IMG/VR virus record: IMGVR_UViG_3300013126_000028
Span: 1,595 to 65,594 of that record
Length of the DNA: 64,000 nucleotides
Source of the DNA: a virus
Taxonomy: Duplodnaviria; Caudoviricetes
Strand: one strand, 5' to 3'
Part shown: one piece after another, positions 29,972-38,573 of the stretch
Layout of the letters: every line of letters begins with the position of its first letter
Position numbering within the stretch: the first letter of the stretch is position 1
Notes under the pieces: model-generated
The model's database searches: none
The model's input: the letters and a program-made list of their open reading frames with translations, nothing else
What the model was told of the DNA's origin: nothing
Made by a program: the position numbers and the translations under genes

Positions 29972-32619
29972 CCAACAATTTTACCAAACGACAATCGCAA
30001 CTCTTCAACCTTACTATCATCCATTCTATTAAGCCAGCGATCATCAGATCTACCATAATAGTTTTCAGTATCCAGTTGCCTGAGAGGATTAACACTGCGC
30101 AATTCTCTCAAATTGCCTGATACCGGATGGATACACATAATATACTTCATCATCGGGTTGTTGTCAACCTCTGTTTTAATAATTTTTCTCAGACCAGCCA
30201 TTTTCGGACAATCATATTGACCATTAGCTGATGGCTTAAAAATCTTGGTGTATTCAGAAATACTATTCTCTTTATAGAAACTCAACAACATAGCGTTGAT
30301 ATTATTATATAGTATATTAGCCTCTTTAATCTTACTACTATCAAGACCATTGATACCAAAGTCATGCAACAACTTTGTCATATGAGTATAGTAATCATCT
30401 TTCTTGAATCTGCTAATATCAAAGGTATTACGACGAATAGTATCAGCAAAGAACTCCACAATCATTAGACTATTCAGAGTATCCACAACGCTACGCTTAG
30501 TAATATATTTCTCATAATCCAAACCAAAGATATTCAAGATATGGAAAAGGAACTGTCTATCTAGATAACCCTCTCTGTAATTCTTAGATATCTTGTCGTC
30601 ACTATTATATTCATTCTTACATTTTTGCACAAGTTCGTTGAACTGGTAGATATCCTTAAACTTGGTATCATTCAGTTTCTGTAGTCGCTTCTTGAACCAA
30701 GTATTAAAATCTACAAGGTTGTACCCATCCTTCTTTAAACGATCCACAACACTTTTCTTAATAGCGTAAATGTTGGTATCATCAATTATCTTATTTTCGA
30801 TTAGAAAATCTTTGTGTCCGTAAAGTTTATTAATTTCTGGATAATTACTGGAGGTTTCCACAGCATATCTAACGATGGGAAGATAAATAATCTCATCCTC
30901 ATCCTCAAGATCATCTAACCTTGTCTGACTAAGACTCTTCATATAAGTAGCATCGTTGTAGTCATAATTAAGAGTCTTTGTGTCTTTAGCGTCCCCAATA
31001 ATCAAAAAGATTTCTTGATCACTAACACTACCCTTAGTCCCCTTACTAGCACGACTCTTTGAGGTACTCTTAATAAGATCGCGATAATCAGACACATTAA
31101 GAATGTTAGATTCTCCAACATCCTTGATTAGATCGCTAAAACCATTACTCACATTAGCGTGATCCTTTGTATTAACCATAAGATATGCAAAACAATCATT
31201 AGTATTGCAATATTTAGTTACAATCTTCTTAGCTGTTTCTGTTGCCGCAATATCACACCAGAAAAACTTCATATCGCCATTCTTCTTGCCACTACTATTC
31301 CAATAGTTATACCCTTTGCCAGTAAGAGTATCATGATGAATAGTATTAGTAAGATAAATCATTCTTCTAGAACGATATCCTGCTGTACGATAATTGAAGA
31401 CATAAAGATTTTCTTCTTTTTCTAGTTTGTATTCAAGATCTTGACCAGAACTAATATTATGAATTTTACCATTACTATCAGTCCAAGATGCTCCCACACC
31501 CCAACCACCAGCAAGATCATTCATCTGATAATATGTCTGGATTGCTTCCACCTTGGTTTTAGCAGTAGCGATCTTGTCACTAAAATTCTTCTTCAACTCT
31601 ACAAAGATATCTTGTGTCTTTTCACGCAAGGTTTTGACTACACTTTTAGTATACTGCAAACCTTCTCTGTTTACTTCCATTTCGAGTTCACCAATACCAA
31701 AATCAAGTTCTAGATAAAGACCCTGATTAATGATCTCGCTAACAAAACTTTTCCAAGAAGCAATATCAGCCTTATTAAAGGCTCTATTCCACTTGGCAAT
31801 ATGATCTGGGGTTTCACTCTTTTCATCACCAATAAGATGAGAAACTTCGACCGGATAAGCAATATTGCCCATGATAGCAATAACGCCACTCTGGATACGA
31901 TGATGATTATTGGGAAACTTCATATTGTCGTTGTTGAGTCTACAAACTCTCCAACCATCACCATCGATAACAACGTTACGCTGGCTATATTCTTCTTTAT
32001 TAAAATCCCAATGAACGCCACCCTCGATAATAGGCTTATGCTTAAAGTAATGAAAAACCCTAACAGCCTTCTGACTAAACTCTGGAAAATCATATTGCTT
32101 AACAGCAAAACTAACTTCAAGACCATTAGGCTCATTAGTTTCAACACTATGAATAAGATTTAGATTAGGCACACCGGCTTCATCGATAGCAGCAATATAA
32201 GTATATTGAGTACCATTAAAATAAGAGGTGGCAGTAAAACTTTTGGTATATGCAAAAGGACTTTTGCTTCCTAGTCCAAGACAACCAACAAAATCATTAC
32301 TGTCGTTCTTATTACTTGCGCCATAAGTTGTATACAAACTCTGCATATCTTCTTGAGACAAGCCAGTACCATAATCGCGAACCACAAAATTAGGATTAGC
32401 GGCAGTTGGTAGAGTTACCTTAAATGGATTCTTATTACCAGCACTAACATGACTATCATAAGCGTTGGTAGCAAGTTCACGAATAGGTGCTTGTACTTTG
32501 TCAGAATATAGAGAATCTGACAAGATCTTGAACATTTTTGCACTTTGACTAATCGTAAACTGATTAGTGCTATTAATACCAACACTATGAACTTCAACCG
32601 TTCGATCCGCGAGTTTCAT
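29968..32619 (-). CDS. rIIA: rIIA-like protein (N-terminal GHKL ATPase)
   Basis: KMFKILSDSLYS, IRELATNAYDSH, VRDYGTGL, G.LGLGSKSPFAY, E.NG; paired with rIIB. Confidence 0.88.
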   Translation of the reverse strand: MKLADRTVEVHSVGINSTNQFTISQSAKMFKILSDSLYSDKVQAPIRELATNAYDSHVSAGNKNPFKVTLPTAANPNFVVRDYGTGLSQEDMQSLYTTYGASNKNDSNDFVGCLGLGSKSPFAYTKSFTATSYFNGTQYTYIAAIDEAGVPNLNLIHSVETNEPNGLEVSFAVKQYDFPEFSQKAVRVFHYFKHKPIIEGGVHWDFNKEEYSQRNVVIDGDGWRVCRLNNDNMKFPNNHHRIQSGVIAIMGNIAYPVEVSHLIGDEKSETPDHIAKWNRAFNKADIASWKSFVSEIINQGLYLELDFGIGELEMEVNREGLQYTKSVVKTLREKTQDIFVELKKNFSDKIATAKTKVEAIQTYYQMNDLAGGWGVGASWTDSNGKIHNISSGQDLEYKLEKEENLYVFNYRTAGYRSRRMIYLTNTIHHDTLTGKGYNYWNSSGKKNGDMKFFWCDIAATETAKKIVTKYCNTNDCFAYLMVNTKDHANVSNGFSDLIKDVGESNILNVSDYRDLIKSTSKSRASKGTKGSVSDQEIFLIIGDAKDTKTLNYDYNDATYMKSLSQTRLDDLEDEDEIIYLPIVRYAVETSSNYPEINKLYGHKDFLIENKIIDDTNIYAIKKSVVDRLKKDGYNLVDFNTWFKKRLQKLNDTKFKDIYQFNELVQKCKNEYNSDDKISKNYREGYLDRQFLFHILNIFGLDYEKYITKRSVVDTLNSLMIVEFFADTIRRNTFDISRFKKDDYYTHMTKLLHDFGINGLDSSKIKEANILYNNINAMLLSFYKENSISEYTKIFKPSANGQYDCPKMAGLRKIIKTEVDNNPMMKYIMCIHPVSGNLRELRSVNPLRQLDTENYYGRSDDRWLNRMDDSKVEELRLSFGKIVG

Positions 32620-32653
32620 CTTTGTTCTCCAAGGTTTCCTGTGTGATGCCCCA

Positions 32654-32681
32654 AGTATACATCGTCATTCCCTGTTGTCAA
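32654..32681 (-). promoter_or_regulatory. sigma70-like promoter for rIIA
   Basis: TTGACA-N16-TATACT. Confidence 0.75.
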
Positions 32682-33009
32682 CCTTACGCTTTCTGGATTG
32701 CAAGATTTCCTTTAACTTCATAGTAAAATAAGTTCCAGCAAATGCTCCTAAAAATAACGGAATAATATACAAAGTATTTTTACTAAAAGTTACAACACCA
32801 AATGCTGATAAGGATGTTATCATTCCCGCCATTAAAGATGACATTAAATTTTGACGAGATTCTATGCAAAGAATATAATAAGCATAGAACATATCCAAAA
32901 TAAAATATGTAATAAAAATTAGTAAAGCAATATTTATATCAAACTGATTCGTTGTTATCATCTTCCCAAAAATCATCCTCTTTTGGAACCCAAGTTTCAT
33001 CACTGTCAT
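32665..33009 (-). CDS. Small multi-TM membrane protein
   Basis: Three hydrophobic segments. Confidence 0.65.
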   Translation of the reverse strand: MTVMKLGFQKRMIFGKMITTNQFDINIALLIFITYFILDMFYAYYILCIESRQNLMSSLMAGMITSLSAFGVVTFSKNTLYIIPLFLGAFAGTYFTMKLKEILQSRKRKVDNRE

Positions 33010-33247
33010 TATCGAAATCGTAATCTTCGTCTTCGTTATCCTCTTCTTCTTCTAACATTATAGTAAAACTATTTAAGATTTCTAACATAATATCAATTTT
33101 GATTGATATTTCTTTAATTTCTTTTTTTATCTCATTAACTTCTTTAATTATTTTATTATTATCTTTTTCTACCGATATAATATTTTTAGAAAGTTCTTTA
33201 TGAGATTGGTCGATTTTTTTGTAAATATCATCTAAATCTTTAGGCAT
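32939..33247 (-). CDS. Coiled-coil/acidic hypothetical protein
   Basis: 102-aa ORF with RBS. Confidence 0.65.
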   Translation of the reverse strand: MPKDLDDIYKKIDQSHKELSKNIISVEKDNNKIIKEVNEIKKEIKEISIKIDIMLEILNSFTIMLEEEEDNEDEDYDFDNDSDETWVPKEDDFWEDDNNESV

Positions 33248-33256
33248 AATATGCTC

Positions 33257-33604
33257 CTAACTAAGTTTTTTATATTCTGGTATATCTCCATTCTGGAGCT
33301 TTTTAATATTTTCGTAATTTTCAGCCACTCTTCTATAGAACTCTTGCTTTATGTTTTCTAATACACCAGTGACAATAGCAATTTTAGGATAACTAATATC
33401 CCCCATAACTCCAGAAATAATACGAGAAAAACAATAATTTATATCACCACATATAGTTAAAAACTCCTCATTAGTTAATTTTTCTTTATATGGATTTGAA
33501 TATGGGTTGTCTATATTTGGATCAACATTACCTCTCAAACAACGCATCATATCTTCTATACATCCATCTAATTGGTATCTATTCTCTTCTTTAATATACG
33601 GCAT
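33257..33604 (-). CDS. Phage hypothetical protein
   Basis: MPYI...R, GDINY, GVLE..K.EFYRR...YE..K...NGD. Confidence 0.75.
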   Translation of the reverse strand: MPYIKEENRYQLDGCIEDMMRCLRGNVDPNIDNPYSNPYKEKLTNEEFLTICGDINYCFSRIISGVMGDISYPKIAIVTGVLENIKQEFYRRVAENYENIKKLQNGDIPEYKKLS

Positions 33605-34183
33605 TTAATACTCCTCACATTTACATTCGTATGTTTCACAATAACTGCATCTTGGGCCAGGGTTAGTATTTAACCAAGCATTACTATTTCCATCAAAACT
33701 TTCTTTCCCAGTATCTATACAAACCACTTTCTTTTTCTTTCCTCTTTTTACTAAACCAACATTATACCAATGACAATCCCAAAATTTTAAGCCGGTTTTA
33801 CTATAAATTTCATCTACTAAAAGTTGAATATCTTTCATACTAATTTTAGTATTACTCTTATAAGTTTTTGCTAATTCTGTAACATATCCCCAATCACTAG
33901 GGTCTGGTTGATAAAGATCATTCTCAGGGGCAAATTCTAGTTTACAAATTTTAGTATATATTTTTGGTGCAAGATCAAACTTAGCTAATTTTTTATGATA
34001 TTTGTAAGACTCTTGGGCTTTTTTCTTGTTGCGAAACTCTTTGAACACCAAATCTTTTTTATCTTTTATTGGATAAACCTGACAATATCCGCCCTCATCA
34101 AACCAATCACTATAATCTATGAGATAGTCAGGGTTAATCATAAGTTTTATCAACAATTTGTGATCCCATAATTTCTTGAGCAA
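33605..34183 (-). CDS. Minimal protein-kinase-fold enzyme
   Basis: EGGYCQVY, VFK, DCHWYNVG (catalytic loop), IDTG; probable start 34141. Confidence 0.65.
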   Translation of the reverse strand: MLKKLWDHKLLIKLMINPDYLIDYSDWFDEGGYCQVYPIKDKKDLVFKEFRNKKKAQESYKYHKKLAKFDLAPKIYTKICKLEFAPENDLYQPDPSDWGYVTELAKTYKSNTKISMKDIQLLVDEIYSKTGLKFWDCHWYNVGLVKRGKKKKVVCIDTGKESFDGNSNAWLNTNPGPRCSYCETYECKCEEY

Positions 34184-34463
34184 TATGAATTGCTTCTTTT
34201 AGGTCAGAGGTTTCTCCCAGTTTGATTGGGCCTTTTGGAATATCTATCCAATAGGATCCATAAATCCCATAAAAAACATTCTGTAGAGCATGATCGTGCA
34301 TAAGAAATTCTGTGAGATCATGGAAGATATCTAAATAATATTCTCCCTCTTCATCTTGAACTTCTTTTACCGTATCAACAATAACGAACCTAAAATTAGG
34401 ATGTTTAAAATCTGGGTCGCTATAAACAACTCCCCTATAAAACTTATTTGGCAAACTTACCAT
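34134..34463 (-). CDS. Hypothetical protein
   Basis: 109-aa ORF. Confidence 0.65.
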   Translation of the reverse strand: MVSLPNKFYRGVVYSDPDFKHPNFRFVIVDTVKEVQDEEGEYYLDIFHDLTEFLMHDHALQNVFYGIYGSYWIDIPKGPIKLGETSDLKEAIHIAQEIMGSQIVDKTYD

Positions 34464-34794
34464 CGTGATTGTATCCCTTCCAATCTCCAGTTAAAAATTC
34501 TTCCCTGTTAGAGTATAAAGGAACTATTTTAGTTTGATCTTCATGAGGATTATTCATAATTCTAAGATCATAAAGATCATTTCTATCATTAATTTTTCCG
34601 TATGCTACTGGATAATTAAATATCTCTCGAATTTTATGAAGATCCTTTTCACAACTATACCATCTTTCAGAGTTTTTACCATCTTCTTGTAGTTTTTTAA
34701 GTTGATCTTTTGCATTATTAACCACAAAACGATCAGCACCATTTGCCCAAGCAAATTCAATAAGAAAAGATATGGGGTCAGAATGTTCGTTCAT
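34444..34794 (-). CDS. Hypothetical protein
   Basis: 116-aa ORF. Confidence 0.65.
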   Translation of the reverse strand: MNEHSDPISFLIEFAWANGADRFVVNNAKDQLKKLQEDGKNSERWYSCEKDLHKIREIFNYPVAYGKINDRNDLYDLRIMNNPHEDQTKIVPLYSNREEFLTGDWKGYNHDGKFAK

Positions 34795-34796
34795 GT

Positions 34797-35018
34797 TCAG
34801 ACGAATCCTATTCTAGTTTTTTCTGTGGTTACAATTGCTTCTATTTGCTCTTGTATAAAAGTTTCCGTACAATAAGATCTTCCATTCCACCACCCACAAG
34901 TATACGATATAGTGTTGTTTGGCCCAATAGTCACACTAGTTATAGTACCTTGAATATCTTTTTCAAGTTTAACCTGGGTTCCAATATTGTAAAATTCTAG
35001 AACATTATTTTTGGTCAT
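34797..35018 (-). CDS. Small SH3-like (YodC-like) hypothetical protein
   Basis: IGTQV.L, Y.C.WW.G, RIGF. Confidence 0.6.
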   Translation of the reverse strand: MTKNNVLEFYNIGTQVKLEKDIQGTITSVTIGPNNTISYTCGWWNGRSYCTETFIQEQIEAIVTTEKTRIGFV

Positions 35019-35072
35019 TATTTTTCCTTATTTTCTAAAAGGTTTTGGTATTATTATCGATAAGAATTTAAA

Positions 35073-35361
35073 TGCCCCCAGTCGGACTTGAACCGACAAG
35101 CCCTTACGGGCAACAGATTTTCTTACCACTATAGTTTTCACTACCATTTCTGTTTGTGGTCTGGACTTTACCTTAACCATAACTTTCGTTTTAGGTTCCT
35201 GCCGTCAAGTCTCTACGCCTTCCTAATAAATTAGGCTTGGTTCGGTATTAGCATTTTAAAGCCTTCACCGACTTTGACAGGTTCTACTTTAAAGATTTCT
35301 CCTTAAGCACTCTATTATATATAAAAAAGTCTGTTGTGTTTGCCAATTTCACCATAGGGGC
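35073..35361 (-). tRNA. trnL: tRNA-Leu(UAA), interrupted by a group I intron
   Basis: Exon 1 35361-35327 GCCCCTATGGTGAAATTGGCAAACACAACAGACTT; exon 2 35121-35073 AAAATCTGTTGCCCGTAAGGGCTTGTCGGTTCAAGTCCGACTGGGGGCA; spliced anticodon arm ACAGA-CTTAAAA-TCTGT with long variable arm; CCA not encoded. Confidence 0.93.
35122..35326 (-). mobile_element. Group I intron (IC3-like, 205 nt, no ORF) between U34 and A35 of the anticodon
   Basis: P1 ACUU/GAGU with U.G pair, P AAAGTCGGTGAA, Q AATACCGAACC, R GTAGAGACTTGACGG, S AAGGTAAAGTCC, terminal G at 35122. Confidence 0.9.
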
Positions 35362-35367
35362 ATTAAA

Positions 35368-35445
35368 GTAATCGACTACAACAATTAGTAGTTTGAGGTT
35401 GATTATGTTTGACTCTCAAGCATTATAACTGTTGTAATCGACTAC
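35368..35445 (-). promoter_or_regulatory. Long hairpin with an anti-RBS segment in its upper part
   Basis: 20-bp stem 35368-35387/35426-35445; 35395-35406 is the reverse complement of 35750-35761. Confidence 0.6.
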
Positions 35446-35466
35446 CATAGTTTTAAATATCGACTC

Positions 35467-35748
35467 TCAACCGTTATCGTGGCTCTTGAGGCGACGAACA
35501 AACTCTGCCATAGCCTCGACATTATCAACTGTCTTAGCGGGCTTTGCCCTTTCCATATTGGGTAGTTCGATACCCTTTTCTGCCAGAGCCTTTTTAGTAC
35601 GAGCAAAACGAGCCATCGTACTAGCAACCTTCTGGCCTGTCTTGCTAGCAATCTCAGCATAAGTCTTGCTAGAATAAACAGCCTCTAGAAAACTCTCGTC
35701 GCTGCAACGAACACGACTCTGCTTCTCAACATTAGTAACTTCAGCCAT
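35467..35748 (-). CDS. Small basic HTH-like protein
   Basis: GGAGG RBS, start ATG 35748; TYAEIASKTG...STMAR HTH-like segment. Confidence 0.75.
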   Translation of the reverse strand: MAEVTNVEKQSRVRCSDESFLEAVYSSKTYAEIASKTGQKVASTMARFARTKKALAEKGIELPNMERAKPAKTVDNVEAMAEFVRRLKSHDNG

Positions 35749-35824
35749 AATAATCAACCTCCAAATTTAAACTTCCAACTTCACGGTTTTGGTCACGCGA
35801 CCTCACCTGCCCGTGTTGTATACT

Positions 35825-35852
35825 ATCATATCCTGTGTATCGGCATTGTCAA
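35825..35852 (-). promoter_or_regulatory. sigma70-like promoter
   Basis: TTGACA-N16-TATGAT. Confidence 0.7.
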
Positions 35853-35869
35853 TAGGGTTCTTTACTTTT

Positions 35870-36244
35870 TTACGATTTAACAGAACCAAAACAAACACAC
35901 CAATAAGGAACCGAATGTTTTGACAAAGAATATCCACATCCAATAAGTGTAAACTTTTTGTTCATGATATTTTTTTTATGCCCAGTACTTTTCATCCAAC
36001 TCTCCATGACCTTTTCTTCTGTTCTCTGGCCTGCTGCTATATTTTCTCCAACAGAATTAAAACCCAAAGAGATTATATCTTTCAAATCTCCATGTTTTAA
36101 ATCGTTCTTTCTTGCCATGTAGTCGCTCCACTCTTGAGCATAATTTGTTAACTTAATATCTTGAATTAAGAACGGTATTGACCAAAATAATGTTTTTTTT
36201 CTTTGTTGATTGTGTAATTCTATTAGTTTATCTAAGTTTATCAT
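35870..36244 (-). CDS. CAP/SCP domain protein
   Basis: HN..R, L...AQ.WS..MA, GENIA.GQ, WM.S.GH..NI, YW...FG. Confidence 0.9.
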   Translation of the reverse strand: MINLDKLIELHNQQRKKTLFWSIPFLIQDIKLTNYAQEWSDYMARKNDLKHGDLKDIISLGFNSVGENIAAGQRTEEKVMESWMKSTGHKKNIMNKKFTLIGCGYSLSKHSVPYWCVCFGSVKS

Positions 36245-36247
36245 ATT

Positions 36248-36430
36248 TTATTCCTTTGGTACGATAAAAACTAAAATTAAATATATCCATAATAGCAAAC
36301 TGCCACTAAAGATTGAACCCAAAATAAATAAGATTCTAACTAAAGAAGCGTCTATTCCAGAATATTCTGAGATTCCTCCACAAATTCCAAAAACTATTTT
36401 ATTTTTTTGACTTTTTGTTAGTTTCGACAT
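36248..36430 (-). CDS. PspC domain protein
   Basis: GICGGISEY.GID..LVR plus TM segment ending in P. Confidence 0.88.
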   Translation of the reverse strand: MSKLTKSQKNKIVFGICGGISEYSGIDASLVRILFILGSIFSGSLLLWIYLILVFIVPKE

Positions 36431-36527
36431 TCTTGCCCTTTCTAAAAATACGATTATAATTATTAATCCACGTATTATAATCTACACTTTTAGGACGCTG
36501 TTTATCTCCTTTTCCGTTTTGACTCAT
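36399..36527 (-). CDS. Small basic hypothetical protein
   Basis: MSQNGKGDKQRP...NY.RIF after GGAG RBS. Confidence 0.55.
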   Translation of the reverse strand: MSQNGKGDKQRPKSVDYNTWINNYNRIFRKGKNVETNKKSKK

Positions 36528-36528
36528 G

Positions 36529-37251
36529 TTAATTCTCCAAAATAAATGACCAGTATCTAGAATCAGTCTTATTTTGTTTGTTATCCCAAAAAATACATCG
36601 TGCAATATAACAAGGAATACCAATTTTACCACACATTACTGACCAATGACGTTCCATTTTCTTATATAGGGCGAAACCATTTTTAGTTTGATAGTTAAGA
36701 GTTTTCATACCATAAAGTTCTAGCATATGAGTATCTCCACAAAAAACCCTACACTCATTAGGATTTTGCATTTCACAACTAAAAGAAATTTTAGCCGCCC
36801 CTAGTCCACGAATTTTATCAATAATACTATCTCTTTTCTTAACATGATACTTTTTAGTAGAGATAATATAATCTTTAGGATTTGCCCAAAACTTATCTTT
36901 GAAATCCCAAATATATTCTGTTCGATTGTTGTGAAGTCCAACTCCGCTATTCTTAATTTTCTCCTTAAGAAGATCCTTATTATCAATCCAACTGTTAAAA
37001 TCTTTAACCGCGTTATATCCCGCTACATTACTTTTCCAAGTGGTATGTACGCTCATGAAACTAAAAAGATACCTACGAAAAATATCATCATTATTTTGAG
37101 GGCGAACACTTTCCCAGTATTCCTTATAACTCACAACCTTATCTCTAGGAAAGTTCTTAAAAAATTCGTCCGCTTTGGTCGTATTCATTACAATCGGCTC
37201 TTTAATCACAATATTATCTGTCATGTTAGTCTCCTCGTTGTGTGTGGTCAT
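36529..37251 (-). CDS. HhH-GPD-like DNA glycosylase (Ogg-like)
   Basis: G...NR..YI, IRGLGAAKISF (HhH with Lys), DTH. Confidence 0.7.
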   Translation of the reverse strand: MTTHNEETNMTDNIVIKEPIVMNTTKADEFFKNFPRDKVVSYKEYWESVRPQNNDDIFRRYLFSFMSVHTTWKSNVAGYNAVKDFNSWIDNKDLLKEKIKNSGVGLHNNRTEYIWDFKDKFWANPKDYIISTKKYHVKKRDSIIDKIRGLGAAKISFSCEMQNPNECRVFCGDTHMLELYGMKTLNYQTKNGFALYKKMERHWSVMCGKIGIPCYIARCIFWDNKQNKTDSRYWSFILEN

Positions 37252-37277
37252 TCTACACTCTAGTATCGCCTTGTCAA
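37250..37277 (-). promoter_or_regulatory. sigma70-like promoter
   Basis: TTGACA-N16-TAGAAT. Confidence 0.7.
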
Positions 37278-37345
37278 TAGATAAACTTTAATCTTTCTGA
37301 TTAAGTGTATAATATATTGTAGTTTTTTTAATACAGAGATTAAAT

Positions 37346-37876
37346 ATGACTATTGTTTTATACATATTATTGGCCATATTAGTTGCAGACTTATTAACAG
37401 GAATATTTCATTGGTGGGAAGATAGATATGGAAATCCAAATTGGTTTATATTGGGTAAATATGTTATAGAACCTAATATTCGACATCATAAAGAGCCAAT
37501 GTCTTTTTGTAAGGGAAATTATTGGACTAGAAATTGGACAACTTTAGTTCCAACTTTATTATTATCTATAGGTTGTTATATGGTTGGTTATTATTTTTTA
37601 AGTTTAGTTTTTATATGTGCCTCTCAAAGTAATGAAATACATTGTTGGGAACACACTAAAACTAATAAATTTATTAGATTTTTACAAAACTATAATATTT
37701 TGCAGAATAAGAAGTGCCATGCTTTGCATCACAAAAGACCTTATGACACTAACTATTGTGTAATGACAATGGTAGTTAATCCTGTGCTAAACAAATTAAA
37801 TTTTTGGTATTATTTAGAAAAATTGGTTTTTACTATCTTTAGAGTGAAACCTCGCAAAGAAAGAGAAATTTATTAA
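37346..37876 (+). CDS. CarF/TMEM189/FAD4-family lipid desaturase
   Basis: AD..TG.FHW.ED.YG, RHH, HCWEH, HALHH (8 His), NYC...NP.L; membrane segments. Confidence 0.85.
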   Translation: MTIVLYILLAILVADLLTGIFHWWEDRYGNPNWFILGKYVIEPNIRHHKEPMSFCKGNYWTRNWTTLVPTLLLSIGCYMVGYYFLSLVFICASQSNEIHCWEHTKTNKFIRFLQNYNILQNKKCHALHHKRPYDTNYCVMTMVVNPVLNKLNFWYYLEKLVFTIFRVKPRKEREIY

Positions 37877-38533
37877 TTATCTAGCGCAGTATCCAAACAC
37901 AGACTCTAAATTCCAATCTATGTTAGAGTCAATAATAGATTTAATATTATGATCTAGAATAGTAATGGGTTCTTTAATTATCGCTTGTAAGTTGTTCTTT
38001 TTCCTAATTAATTTATATCTGTCGGATACGTTCTGTAAAAATTTGTCATAATATTTTGTAAAATACTCATAAGTTACTAGAACATAGTTAGAAGAAATAA
38101 GAGGCATAGTTTCAACTAAATATCTTATTTTTGTGGATCTTAATTCAAAAATATTTTTATATCTTTCATTAGTTAGAAAGTTTCTGTCGTGCATAATTTC
38201 TTGCTTATTATTATTTACAGAATACCATTCAGAGGATAAAAATGAGAATCTGTTACTTTTAATATGTTTGGGAACATGGTGTGGCATATTATAAAAAGCG
38301 TATATCCAATCATAAGGATGCCTTACTATTCCAAAAAATAAAACATTTCTAGCACCATATTTAATCTTGTCAGGATCAGCATATCCCATCCAGTGTTTTC
38401 CACCATAAAAAGATGTAAACTTAAGATTAAAAGATTGTTCTATAGAAGATTGTAAAAAGTTAGTACCATTATGTCTTTCAGAATATATAGAAAACTCACT
38501 AACATAGTGTGGATCTTTATAAATTTGAAGCAT
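37877..38533 (-). CDS. Sulfotransferase-like protein
   Basis: ERHNGTNFL, KH, VRHPYDW, VTYE. Confidence 0.6.
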   Translation of the reverse strand: MLQIYKDPHYVSEFSIYSERHNGTNFLQSSIEQSFNLKFTSFYGGKHWMGYADPDKIKYGARNVLFFGIVRHPYDWIYAFYNMPHHVPKHIKSNRFSFLSSEWYSVNNNKQEIMHDRNFLTNERYKNIFELRSTKIRYLVETMPLISSNYVLVTYEYFTKYYDKFLQNVSDRYKLIRKKNNLQAIIKEPITILDHNIKSIIDSNIDWNLESVFGYCAR

Positions 38534-38573
38534 AGTATGCTCTATCTAAGGATATAATTAATATTTTAAATAA

